From contig JAKSVT010000004.1 of the NCBI GenBank assembly GCA_024407875.1, positions 6,982 to 70,981 of the forward strand: a DNA stretch of 64,000 nucleotides. Reading direction: 5' to 3'. Under the pieces are notes generated by a model, which saw only the letters and a program-made list of their open reading frames with translations, did no database searches and was not told the origin of the DNA. The position numbers and the translations under genes are program-made. Origin of the DNA: Alphaproteobacteria bacterium (lineage in GTDB: Bacteria; Pseudomonadota; Alphaproteobacteria; CAAGCB01; CAG-977). The number at the start of each line of letters is the position of its first letter. The stretch's first letter is position 1. Of this stretch, positions 50,581 through 59,262 are shown one piece after another.

Positions 50581-50728
50581 CAAAACAAGCTTTAGTGTTT
50601 GTGTTTAGTTAATTAGTTGGCACCTTCCAATTTGATGTTGCAATCTGATAAAAACTCAGCAAATCTTCTTAAAGGAAAACCTGATTTTAAGCAAAGATTC
50701 TCGCGGTATTGATATTCTTTTCTGGAAT

Positions 50729-51757
50729 ATGTGCGTTTTAATGGCTAACAGTTATATTTTAAGCCTGTCTGACAATGTTCGCCGTAGTCTTGAATATAAC
50801 TGGAGCCAAGGCAAATGGCAGAGTTTGGCACCTATCGGATATCTCAATCAAAAAGATAAACATGGCAAATCCATTATAGTGATTGATGAAGAACGAGCAC
50901 CTATTATCAAGCGTTTGTTTGAAGAATATGCTACCGGTCTGCATACCGCACAAAGTTTATTGATTTTGGCTTGTAAATTAGGACTTACCGCTAAAGAAAC
51001 TTATTCAGAAGAGACACCTCAAAGAAAAAGATTTATCAGCCGTACCAAGATTTATGAAATTCTGCGTAATCCTTTTTATGCCGGAATTATGTGTGTCAAA
51101 GGAAAATTGATGCCACATATCCACGGCAAAATTATTGATAAAAAACTTTATGACCAAGTGCAGCAAATTATGGATGCTAAAGGTATGGAAAGAGAAATAC
51201 ATAAACATCAGCAAAAATACAAGGTTAAAAAGTTTGCATTTCGTGGAATTGTTTTGTGTGGCAGATGTCATCACTTAATGTCTCCGGATTGCAAAACCAA
51301 GACAAACGGCAAGCAATATACTTATTTAAGATGTTACAACAAATGCGGTCAAATGCCGATTAATGAAACCATATTGCTTAAACAGCTTGAAACAGAAGTA
51401 TTTGCTAAATTTTTCATACCACCGCAAGATTTTAATAAGATAAAACAATCTCTTATCAATCATTATAAACGACCATCACATGCAAAAACAGAGCTTTTGA
51501 ATAAACTGGTTAACCTGATTTGCAATATGCCAACCATTATGCAACAAGCAGATGCCGGCACCAAAAATGAAATATTGGTTATTCTGCTTCAAAATTTCAC
51601 CTTAAATGAGCAAACACTCTCTTATTCTCTTCGCTCGCCGTTTGATAAGCTGATTGAGACAGATTATCACAATTGGAAAGATATTATTATACATAATTTC
51701 AAAGACTTATCGTCGATTGGATATAATCTTAAAGCCATCAACTTAAAGGAGGATTAA
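50729..51757 (+). pseudogene. Large serine recombinase remnant lacking the N-terminal catalytic (resolvase) domain
   Basis: Paralog of 52169..53353, starting at the equivalent 'M.VLMA.NY..SLS.NV.RSL..NW..GKWQ' point. Has recombinase domain and Zn ribbon ('CGRCHHLM...LRCYNKCG'), but no 'ARVSS' catalytic domain upstream. Confidence 0.55.
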
Positions 51758-51760
51758 ACT

Positions 51761-52165
51761 ATGCGTAAAAAATACCAGAAGAAACTCATTGAAAAGTGTA
51801 CCGAAGCCATAACATTTGCGCGTGTTTCTAGCGAAAAACAGGAACGTGGCGCTTCTATTGATGCTCAAAAAGAATTGATCTACGATTATTGTATGGAGAA
51901 AAATTTCAAAATCATTAAAGAGTTTGAAATTACCGAGAGTACAACTCGCGGCGATCGTGTAAAATATAATGAAATGCTTGATTTTATTCGTTCTCGCAAC
52001 AAAAAGACCGCTATTGTTGTAAACTGCGTTGATAGACTTCAAAGAAGTGATGAAGATAATCCGGCACTTAATAAACTGCGCCGAGAAGGCAAAATTGAAA
52101 TACACTTTATGAAAGAGCATATTATCTTAGATGAAACTTCTCCGGTACAAGATATTTTTGCATAG
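51761..52165 (+). CDS. Serine recombinase N-terminal catalytic domain (ends at an in-frame TAG)
   Basis: 'ITFARVSSEKQ' (catalytic Ser) and 'VVNCVDRLQRS'. The ORF ends 'DIFA*' at TAG 52163–52165, in frame with the next ORF. Confidence 0.6.
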   Translation: MRKKYQKKLIEKCTEAITFARVSSEKQERGASIDAQKELIYDYCMEKNFKIIKEFEITESTTRGDRVKYNEMLDFIRSRNKKTAIVVNCVDRLQRSDEDNPALNKLRREGKIEIHFMKEHIILDETSPVQDIFA

Positions 52166-52168
52166 AAA

Positions 52169-53353
52169 ATGAATGTGCTAATGGCTGGCAACTACACGGA
52201 TTCATTATCATATAACGTAAAAAGAAGTTTGGTTAAAAACTGGAATTCTGGTAAATGGCAAGGCATGGCACCTCTCGGATATTTAAATCGCCATACAGAT
52301 GATGACAACAACGAAGCCATTATTATTGTTGATCCTGTTCGCGGACCGATTATCAAGCATTTATTTGAAGAATTTGCAACCGGTAAACATACTTTGAAAA
52401 CATTGTGGTATTTATCCAAAGAATTAGGTTTATATACCAAAAATAAAAAGAAAAAAGGCTGCTTTGTGAGCAGAAACACGCTTTATGATGTTCTGACCAA
52501 TCCGTTTTATCATGGTTTGATGTGTATCAAAGGCGAGTTTTACAATCATATTTATGAGCCGCTGATAAGCAAAGAATTATTTGACCGTGTACAAGCCATT
52601 TTGACCGGAAACGGCAATCATAATCGCAATAACACCACAGAATATGCCAAAACACCTTACATTTTCCGCGGTTTGATACATTGTAAAGAATGCGGTTGTT
52701 TGATTACGCCGGAAAAGAAAATCAAAAAGAACGGTAGCACGTATATTTATTTGCGTTGCGGTCATCCTTGTAAAGAATGTCATCAAGGAATAGTTAACGA
52801 AAATGTGATTATTGAGCAGCTGAAAAAGGAAGTTATGGATAAAATATCATTACCGCCGAAATTGCAGGAAATCGTCAAAGAAAAACTAACTCAAGAATTA
52901 AATGATACATCGGCTTTTAATAAGACTATGAAAACCAATATCACGAATAAACTGAACGAATTGAAAGTTAAAGAAGACAATTTACTTGATTTCTACCTGG
53001 AAGGAAAGCTGCCACAAGCAACTTATGAAGCCAAACAAGAACAGATTGCCAATCAGCGAGCTGAACTTGAGCAGACAGCCGAAAAATACAAAAATATTGA
53101 TGCCGATATGAAGAAAAGAGTTGTGCAGGTTATGGCTTTGGCAAATAATATCTCTAAGTTGTTTGATATGGCAACTCCAACCAGAAGAAACGAGTTATTA
53201 CAATTACTTATTTCAAACTGTCAACTTAATGATTCAAAATTAGAATATACCGTAAACGCACCATTTAACTGGTTAATGGATAGCAATAATTATACCGAAT
53301 GGACCACCGTCGTCATTGAGCATTTAGATGACTTTGAATGCGTGAAGGTGTAA
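52169..53353 (+). CDS. Large serine recombinase C-terminal portion (recombinase domain, Zn ribbon, coiled coil)
   Basis: Same frame as 51761..52165, separated by TAG+AAA. 'CKECGCLITP...LRCGHPCKEC' ribbon and a C-terminal coiled coil. Confidence 0.6.
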   Translation: MNVLMAGNYTDSLSYNVKRSLVKNWNSGKWQGMAPLGYLNRHTDDDNNEAIIIVDPVRGPIIKHLFEEFATGKHTLKTLWYLSKELGLYTKNKKKKGCFVSRNTLYDVLTNPFYHGLMCIKGEFYNHIYEPLISKELFDRVQAILTGNGNHNRNNTTEYAKTPYIFRGLIHCKECGCLITPEKKIKKNGSTYIYLRCGHPCKECHQGIVNENVIIEQLKKEVMDKISLPPKLQEIVKEKLTQELNDTSAFNKTMKTNITNKLNELKVKEDNLLDFYLEGKLPQATYEAKQEQIANQRAELEQTAEKYKNIDADMKKRVVQVMALANNISKLFDMATPTRRNELLQLLISNCQLNDSKLEYTVNAPFNWLMDSNNYTEWTTVVIEHLDDFECVKV

Positions 53354-53434
53354 GGATTATAATGGATGATATTTTAATAATATTGCAGATTTTATTTAAT
53401 TTATCATATACAATCACCGTAAATATCCAGGAGA

Positions 53435-55858
53435 TTGTACATGAAGATTATAAAAGAAATTACAAAATTGAAAAACTTTGCATCTTTTGAAGATTACGAA
53501 TGGGACTGCAAAGCATTAAATGATTTTGAAAAATATAATCTATTTTATGGGTTAAACGGTAGTGGAAAAACGACTTTATCTCGTTTATTCTATTTTCTTA
53601 ATGAAGGTATGATTTGTCATGAGGGGCACTATGATAGTGAATTTGGTATATTGCTTAATGACAACTCTTTAATTACACAATATGATAATAATGCATTAAA
53701 AGGAAAAATATGTGTTTTTAATGACTTATTTATTGAAAATTATTTAGATTTTAAGACCGTTAAATCAAAAAAAATTGTATATTTTTCTGCTGGAAAAGAT
53801 GCAAAAATGTTATTAGAATACAAAAAAGACTTAGAGAGAAGAAAACAAATTATAGCTAATAAACTCCAAAAAGTAAAAGATGAGTATTCACAACTTGATA
53901 TTAGTAATAAAAAAATTTATGGAGATTTTCAAGACAGCGTAGTAAATACTTTAGATATTAATAAAAATAAATTCAAAATTACTAACGCTATAAGCACATT
54001 AGATGTAATTCTTAAAAATCAATCTACTATATTCCTTTCAAATCAAGAAATTGATAACCAAAGAAATTTATATGCACAAACCCAACTCCCTATATTGGAT
54101 TATTCGTATTTGAAATCATATCCGTTAACTGTAGATGATATAGAAAAACTATCAGATTTATTAAAAGAAAAAATTGAAAGAAAAAATCTCTCCGATTTAC
54201 GGGATGAAATAGCTGATTGGCTAAATAATGGTATTACCTACCAAAATGAGCAATCTAACGGGAAATGTATTTTTTGCAATCAACCATTACATCCAACTAT
54301 CTGGCAAGAAAGAATCAAACAAATATTTCATATGACTGAAAAAGATGCCATATTTCAAATTAAAGAACAAACAATTAATCGGTATATTTCTGAAATACAA
54401 AATATACTCATGTCATCATTCAACATAAAAGAAAATATTAATCAATTTTACCCAAAATATAAAGTTGCATTCTCTAGTATTATAGGATCTTTACAATCTG
54501 AGTTCGACAACCTTAAAAATTTATTAGAAAAATTGATAAGTTATTTAACTGAAAAATTGAAAGATACTAAACGTAACATTGATATATCTGAGATTATGAT
54601 GGAAAATAATCTCAGTTTATATAATAATCTTGTTGTGTCTATTAATAATATAAATAGAACATTAGAAAAATTTGAAGATTTATTTACTAACAATAACCAA
54701 CATAGTCGAGTAATATCAAGTGAACAGACTGAGGCTTTTAATAATATATGTAGTTACTGTGCAACCTCTTTTGTCAAAGAATTATTAACTAACCATGATG
54801 CATTAAAAAGAAATGAAGCAGCCTCCAATAAATATATTAGTTTATTTAATAAAATAGAAACGAAATTAAAGCAGAAAGCACAAGAACTAGCAAATTCAGA
54901 AGCTCCTATTAACGAAATAAATGATATAATTCAACAAATAATGGGAAAAAATAAATTTTACTTTGATAAAGATGGTGTCGATGGGCAATATAGAATAAAA
55001 CGGATTGAACATAATAAAATAAATGAAGCCATAAATCTTAGCGAAGGTGAAAGAAATATTATATCTTTTGCTTTTTTTATCACATATATTAAGGAAAAGA
55101 TTGAAGATAGCATCATTGTAATTGATGATCCTATCTCTTCACTAGATAGTTCTTATTTTTTCAACATATTGAATCTTCTGTTAAGTTCTAGATTAATAAG
55201 AAATAATAAGTTAAAACAAATATTTATTTTAACCCATAATTTTTATTTTTTCAAAAAGCTAAGAAAAAATATTAAAGGACAGAAATGTCCACAATTAGAT
55301 GCAAATGGTAATATTATACGAGATTCAAATGGGAAAGAGTTAATTAAACTTTGTAAATATTCAAAAAAACAATCTCTCGAAAATAAGCAAATATACCAAA
55401 TTGTAAAAAGTAATTACGCATCATCAATTCAGCCACCATCTGACTACTTACGCAAATACAACAGCGAATATCTCACACTAATTGAACAATTCATAAAATA
55501 TAAAAATAATTTAGATATTACATCATATCAATATGATGAAGGTATTTCTGTTCTAAATACAATGAGAAGAATTTTAGAAACCTTTCTCGAAAACAAATAC
55601 CCTACATCAGGAGGAGAAGGCTTTAATGCAAAATTCCAAGAAACAATCACTAAATTACACAGAGATGACTTATTATATTTAGCAGACATTCTTAATATCG
55701 GTAGTCATGGTGATAACCCTTTCCCCTCTCTTAACTATACTAAATATGAAGATTTCTCAAAGTTGACTGATGATTATCTTGATTATATTAAGAGCCTAGA
55801 TATTGATTTCTATAGCAGTGTATTTGAGCCATTATTATCTATACATATGAAACCATAG
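53435..55858 (+). CDS. PrrC/RloC-like ABC ATPase (AAA_13) with CxxC zinc-hook; candidate anticodon nuclease / abortive-infection protein
   Basis: Walker A 'GLNGSGKTT' and a long coiled coil carrying 'CIFCNQ'. ABC signature 'LSEGER' and Walker B/D-loop 'IIVIDDPISSLDS'. The ~240-aa C-terminal domain ('RRILE...GSHG') is unassigned. Confidence 0.5.
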   Translation: MYMKIIKEITKLKNFASFEDYEWDCKALNDFEKYNLFYGLNGSGKTTLSRLFYFLNEGMICHEGHYDSEFGILLNDNSLITQYDNNALKGKICVFNDLFIENYLDFKTVKSKKIVYFSAGKDAKMLLEYKKDLERRKQIIANKLQKVKDEYSQLDISNKKIYGDFQDSVVNTLDINKNKFKITNAISTLDVILKNQSTIFLSNQEIDNQRNLYAQTQLPILDYSYLKSYPLTVDDIEKLSDLLKEKIERKNLSDLRDEIADWLNNGITYQNEQSNGKCIFCNQPLHPTIWQERIKQIFHMTEKDAIFQIKEQTINRYISEIQNILMSSFNIKENINQFYPKYKVAFSSIIGSLQSEFDNLKNLLEKLISYLTEKLKDTKRNIDISEIMMENNLSLYNNLVVSINNINRTLEKFEDLFTNNNQHSRVISSEQTEAFNNICSYCATSFVKELLTNHDALKRNEAASNKYISLFNKIETKLKQKAQELANSEAPINEINDIIQQIMGKNKFYFDKDGVDGQYRIKRIEHNKINEAINLSEGERNIISFAFFITYIKEKIEDSIIVIDDPISSLDSSYFFNILNLLLSSRLIRNNKLKQIFILTHNFYFFKKLRKNIKGQKCPQLDANGNIIRDSNGKELIKLCKYSKKQSLENKQIYQIVKSNYASSIQPPSDYLRKYNSEYLTLIEQFIKYKNNLDITSYQYDEGISVLNTMRRILETFLENKYPTSGGEGFNAKFQETITKLHRDDLLYLADILNIGSHGDNPFPSLNYTKYEDFSKLTDDYLDYIKSLDIDFYSSVFEPLLSIHMKP

Positions 55859-55896
55859 AAATTTTATTCTTCTATCATAGTCCGTGTATTGCAAGC

Positions 55897-55942
55897 TCAC
55901 TCCAGCCAAATTTTAAAGTCGTCAGAAATGGCAACTTTTTTT
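55897..55942 (+). repeat. Third copy of the tRNA-Gln 3'-end repeat plus (degenerate) hairpin; right boundary of island
   Basis: 'CACTCCAGCCAAA', then AAGTCGTCAGAAATGGCAACT (one G-to-A change relative to the tRNA-proximal hairpin) and T7. Confidence 0.55.
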
Positions 55943-55975
55943 ATAATCAATATTGATATTTTGAAAGTTTAAAAT

Positions 55976-56422
55976 ATGTTAAATCAAGATTTAAAAATGG
56001 AAAAATTTACAGAAAACGATAGACAAGAATTAATGAATATGATGATAGAATTCTTTTCTTCAGAAGCTGTATCTACAAATGGAAATCCTGAAATTTTTAA
56101 ATCTACTATAGATAATTGTATATATAACCCTACATATGTAGAAGGATATATTTTAAAATTCAAAAATGAAAATGCAGGTTATATTATAATTGCCAAAAGT
56201 TTTACTACAGAATTTGGGAAAAATTGCCTTTGGCTTGAAGATTTATATTTAAAAAATCAATTTAGAGGGAAAGGCATCATTCCTTATTGCTTAGATCTTA
56301 TAAAAACAAAATATCCTGATTATATCTTTAAATTAGAAGTTGAAGCAGAAAATGAACATGCAATACACGTATATAAGAAATTCGGATTTAAAGAATTTCC
56401 TTATTTTGTAATGCATACTTAA
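55976..56422 (+). CDS. GNAT-family N-acetyltransferase
   Basis: 'RGKGI' and 'HVYKKFGFKE' motifs; 148 aa. Confidence 0.6.
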   Translation: MLNQDLKMEKFTENDRQELMNMMIEFFSSEAVSTNGNPEIFKSTIDNCIYNPTYVEGYILKFKNENAGYIIIAKSFTTEFGKNCLWLEDLYLKNQFRGKGIIPYCLDLIKTKYPDYIFKLEVEAENEHAIHVYKKFGFKEFPYFVMHT

Positions 56423-56443
56423 TAGAACTAAATATTAATATAT

Positions 56444-56638
56444 TTATATCTGATGAGAATATTCTGATTCGTTTGTTTCCACAAATTCATCATCATGATC
56501 AAGCATAATTTCAGCTAATACGTCATTATTAATCTTGTCTTCGCCATTTATTTTTTCATAACATACACGAGGACCTAGTTCTGTGTATTCTACTTTATAC
56601 ACCTTACTGTTAATTCTATAATACTTATAATCGCTCAT
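56444..56638 (-). CDS. Small acidic protein (64 aa), translationally coupled downstream of the RelA/SpoT-domain gene; putative antitoxin
   Basis: TAATG overlap at 56636–56640; D/E-rich sequence. Confidence 0.35.
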   Translation of the reverse strand: MSDYKYYRINSKVYKVEYTELGPRVCYEKINGEDKINNDVLAEIMLDHDDEFVETNESEYSHQI

Positions 56639-57348
56639 TATCTTGCCCTTTTACTCAAAAGCAACGCTTTCTTTGTTGCATTATTTAATAGCTTTGGCTC
56701 TTCTTTTGTTTCTTGTTTTGTTTCTTCAGGAACATTCTTTAATTTTCTACCTTTTGTTGTAGCATTATATGTTCTTGCAGCTTCAGCGTATAAATATTTT
56801 TGTGCTTGAGAATGAATATTTAATGCAATCTGTTCACTAGGCGTCAAAGCTCTATCTTTTGCTCCAGCCATAATGGAACGAATTTTTTCATAATGTAAAT
56901 GAGCTTTTTCATTTGCTTCTAAATAAGCACGTAAATGAATTTGAATTTCAACAGGAGCTCCACTAGATACAGCAACTACATATTTAACATCTCTGTATCC
57001 ATCTTTATTTGGTTCATCCATACGATCTACTTTTCTAACTGTATCAGCTCTTTTATCTAATATACCTGTAACAGCATCAATTTGTTCCAAAGTATCACAT
57101 ACAATACGACCTCTAGCTAAATCCTGTAATCTTGAAGGATCTCCATCATATTTATGATTTAATTTTTCAAAAGCTCTTGCACGTCCCTTTAAAGGAGCTG
57201 CTGTATATGTAACCCCAGGAACCTCTTTAATTACATTTTCACAAAAAGCATCCAATTCAGGCTTTGATTTTTCAGCATAAGCATAAGCTTCATCTAAAGT
57301 TTTTGGTTTGTATTCAGGTCTCATTTTTTGTCTCCGATACATATTCAA
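56638..57348 (-). CDS. Stand-alone RelA/SpoT-domain (small alarmone synthetase-like) protein; candidate toxSAS
   Basis: 'GRARAFEK..', 'GRIVCDT', 'DGYRDVKYVV' and 'EIQIHL' (compare EIQIRT); 236 aa with a basic C-terminal tail. Confidence 0.55.
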   Translation of the reverse strand: MNMYRRQKMRPEYKPKTLDEAYAYAEKSKPELDAFCENVIKEVPGVTYTAAPLKGRARAFEKLNHKYDGDPSRLQDLARGRIVCDTLEQIDAVTGILDKRADTVRKVDRMDEPNKDGYRDVKYVVAVSSGAPVEIQIHLRAYLEANEKAHLHYEKIRSIMAGAKDRALTPSEQIALNIHSQAQKYLYAEAARTYNATTKGRKLKNVPEETKQETKEEPKLLNNATKKALLLSKRAR

Positions 57349-58393
57349 CTTTTACATCTTTCTTTTTCATTTGTTCTGCTTTTTTAAATTGCCATTGAGT
57401 TTTTGCGTATGTTCTCATATCAACAATTTTATCCGTTTCATCTACGATTTCTTTTCCTAGAACAGATTCTAAAATATCTTCCATGGTTACAATACCTAAC
57501 CAAGTCCCAACTTCATCATAAACTACACCGATGTGAGTATGATTCTTCATCATATCAGCAAACACTGTTGATGCATTAGCTGTAGATGCAATTTCCAAAA
57601 CAGAACGGATTACTGAATCTACTACTTCATTATCATCTTTATCAACGAAATCTGATTTATGAACATATCCAATAAATGTTTCTTCATCTTCATTTTTTTG
57701 TACAGGATAACGAGAAAAAGACTTCTCTTTCACAAATTCAGAAAATTCCGATGCTTTCATTCCAGAAACAACTGTTTCGCACACATTTCTCGGAGTTAAA
57801 ACATCTTTTATTTTTATACTATCTAAATTCATTGTATTATTGATTACATTATATTCATCAGAATTAATACAATGAGCAACATATCCCATCTTTGTTAAAG
57901 CCAAAATTTCCTCTCTTAAATCTGCTTGATCTGAGTTTGTTTTAGGCTTTAATGCATTTGTTAATTTTTCAAAAATAAACAAAAATGGTTTTAAAACAAA
58001 AATCATTAATGGCAAAATGAAACAAAGGAATCCTATTAATTTTTTCCAATATGTTGCCCCTATTGTTTTTGGAATAATTTCACTGCATAACAAAATTAAA
58101 ACTGTCATTACTCCAGAAGCTATTGCTACATAATTATTTCCATATAAATTTGCAACCTGAGCACCTATACAAGAAGCTCCTGCTGTATTTGCAACAGTAT
58201 TTAACATCAAAATTGCAGCTAATGGTGTATCTACATGCGCTTTTAAATTTGACATTTTTCTATATACATTTGGGCGCTTTTGTTCCAATCCAGCAATGTA
58301 TGATGGTGTTGTAGATAATAATGCTGCTTCCATCAAGGAGCATAAAAACGATAATCCAACTGTTAAGGCTACCGAAATAATTAAAAGAGACAT
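57314..58393 (-). CDS. HlyC/CorC (CNNM) family transporter, DUF21 plus CBS domains
   Basis: N-terminal DUF21 TM domain plus tandem CBS domains; 359 aa. Confidence 0.7.
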   Translation of the reverse strand: MSLLIISVALTVGLSFLCSLMEAALLSTTPSYIAGLEQKRPNVYRKMSNLKAHVDTPLAAILMLNTVANTAGASCIGAQVANLYGNNYVAIASGVMTVLILLCSEIIPKTIGATYWKKLIGFLCFILPLMIFVLKPFLFIFEKLTNALKPKTNSDQADLREEILALTKMGYVAHCINSDEYNVINNTMNLDSIKIKDVLTPRNVCETVVSGMKASEFSEFVKEKSFSRYPVQKNEDEETFIGYVHKSDFVDKDDNEVVDSVIRSVLEIASTANASTVFADMMKNHTHIGVVYDEVGTWLGIVTMEDILESVLGKEIVDETDKIVDMRTYAKTQWQFKKAEQMKKKDVKVEYVSETKNET

Positions 58394-58494
58394 AAATTCC
58401 TCTGTTATTAAAAAATACGTTGATATTCTATCACTATGTTTATTAAAATTCTATAAAAAATTGCTAATTTCTCAGTTATTGGTGCAAATTAATA

Positions 58495-58788
58495 TCAAAT
58501 TGTACCCGCTTGATAAAATTCTCCATTTATTATTTCTGGCATTGTAGCATCTGGAGTTAATTGAAATTCTACTTTTGTAACAAATGCTCTAGGAGAACCT
58601 TGACGACAAGCATTAATCATATCAGCAACATCCTTTTCATCGCCAACAAACATTGCCTCTACTGTGCCATCAACACGATTTCTAACCCATCCTGTTAATC
58701 CACGTGCTCTTGCTTCACTCATCGTCCACTGACGATAGAAAACACCTTGTACTCTTCCATAAACTCTAATATGTGTTGTTTCACTCAT
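58495..58788 (-). CDS. acyP: Acylphosphatase
   Basis: 'VYGRVQGVFYR' signature; 97 aa. Confidence 0.8.
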   Translation of the reverse strand: MSETTHIRVYGRVQGVFYRQWTMSEARARGLTGWVRNRVDGTVEAMFVGDEKDVADMINACRQGSPRAFVTKVEFQLTPDATMPEIINGEFYQAGTI

Positions 58789-59261
58789 GATAACATTCCT
58801 TTATAAGCTTCTTTCGCCGCATCACGACGTCTGTTTTGTTCATTTATAATAATATCATCTGCTTTCCAAACTTTTTGCTGAAAAGTTTCTTCAATGCAAG
58901 ACAAATCAAATGCTGTATCATAATCTAATACATTATTTTTAACAGCTAGTGCCAATAGAACTGATCTATAAACTCCTGCTAAATTTTGAAAATATAACAA
59001 TTGTTCTAATGTCAAATCTGATAGTAATTCTCTAAGTTTAACCTTAGATTGTTCATCTAAATCTTGACAAAATAATCCTGTGGTTACTTGCACATTTAAA
59101 CCAATTTTTTGAGCCCAAACTACAACGTAATCCCATTTTTCTTTTTCTAAATCGAACAACTCTTTTGGCTCTTCTTGCCTAAACAAAATGCAATCAGATG
59201 CAATATATTCAATCATTTTATTAACAATTGAATCTTTTGTTACTTTTTTTTGTTCTTGCAT
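58785..59261 (-). CDS. ATP12-family F1-ATPase assembly chaperone-like protein (short)
   Basis: 'DCILFRQEEPKELFDLEKEKWD' resembles the ATP12 'DLLCYRAE.P..L...Q...WDP' block. Confidence 0.35.
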   Translation of the reverse strand: MQEQKKVTKDSIVNKMIEYIASDCILFRQEEPKELFDLEKEKWDYVVVWAQKIGLNVQVTTGLFCQDLDEQSKVKLRELLSDLTLEQLLYFQNLAGVYRSVLLALAVKNNVLDYDTAFDLSCIEETFQQKVWKADDIIINEQNRRRDAAKEAYKGMLS

Positions 59262-59262
59262 A

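Larger units (their letters stand above)
47044..55908. mobile_element. Integrated element B (~8.9 kb) with a decayed serine recombinase module, Fic, and PrrC/RloC-like cargo
   Basis: Bounded by the att-like repeats at 47033–43 and 55899–55908. Contains recombinase remnants, Fic, a helicase fragment and a defense-type ATPase. Confidence 0.5.
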
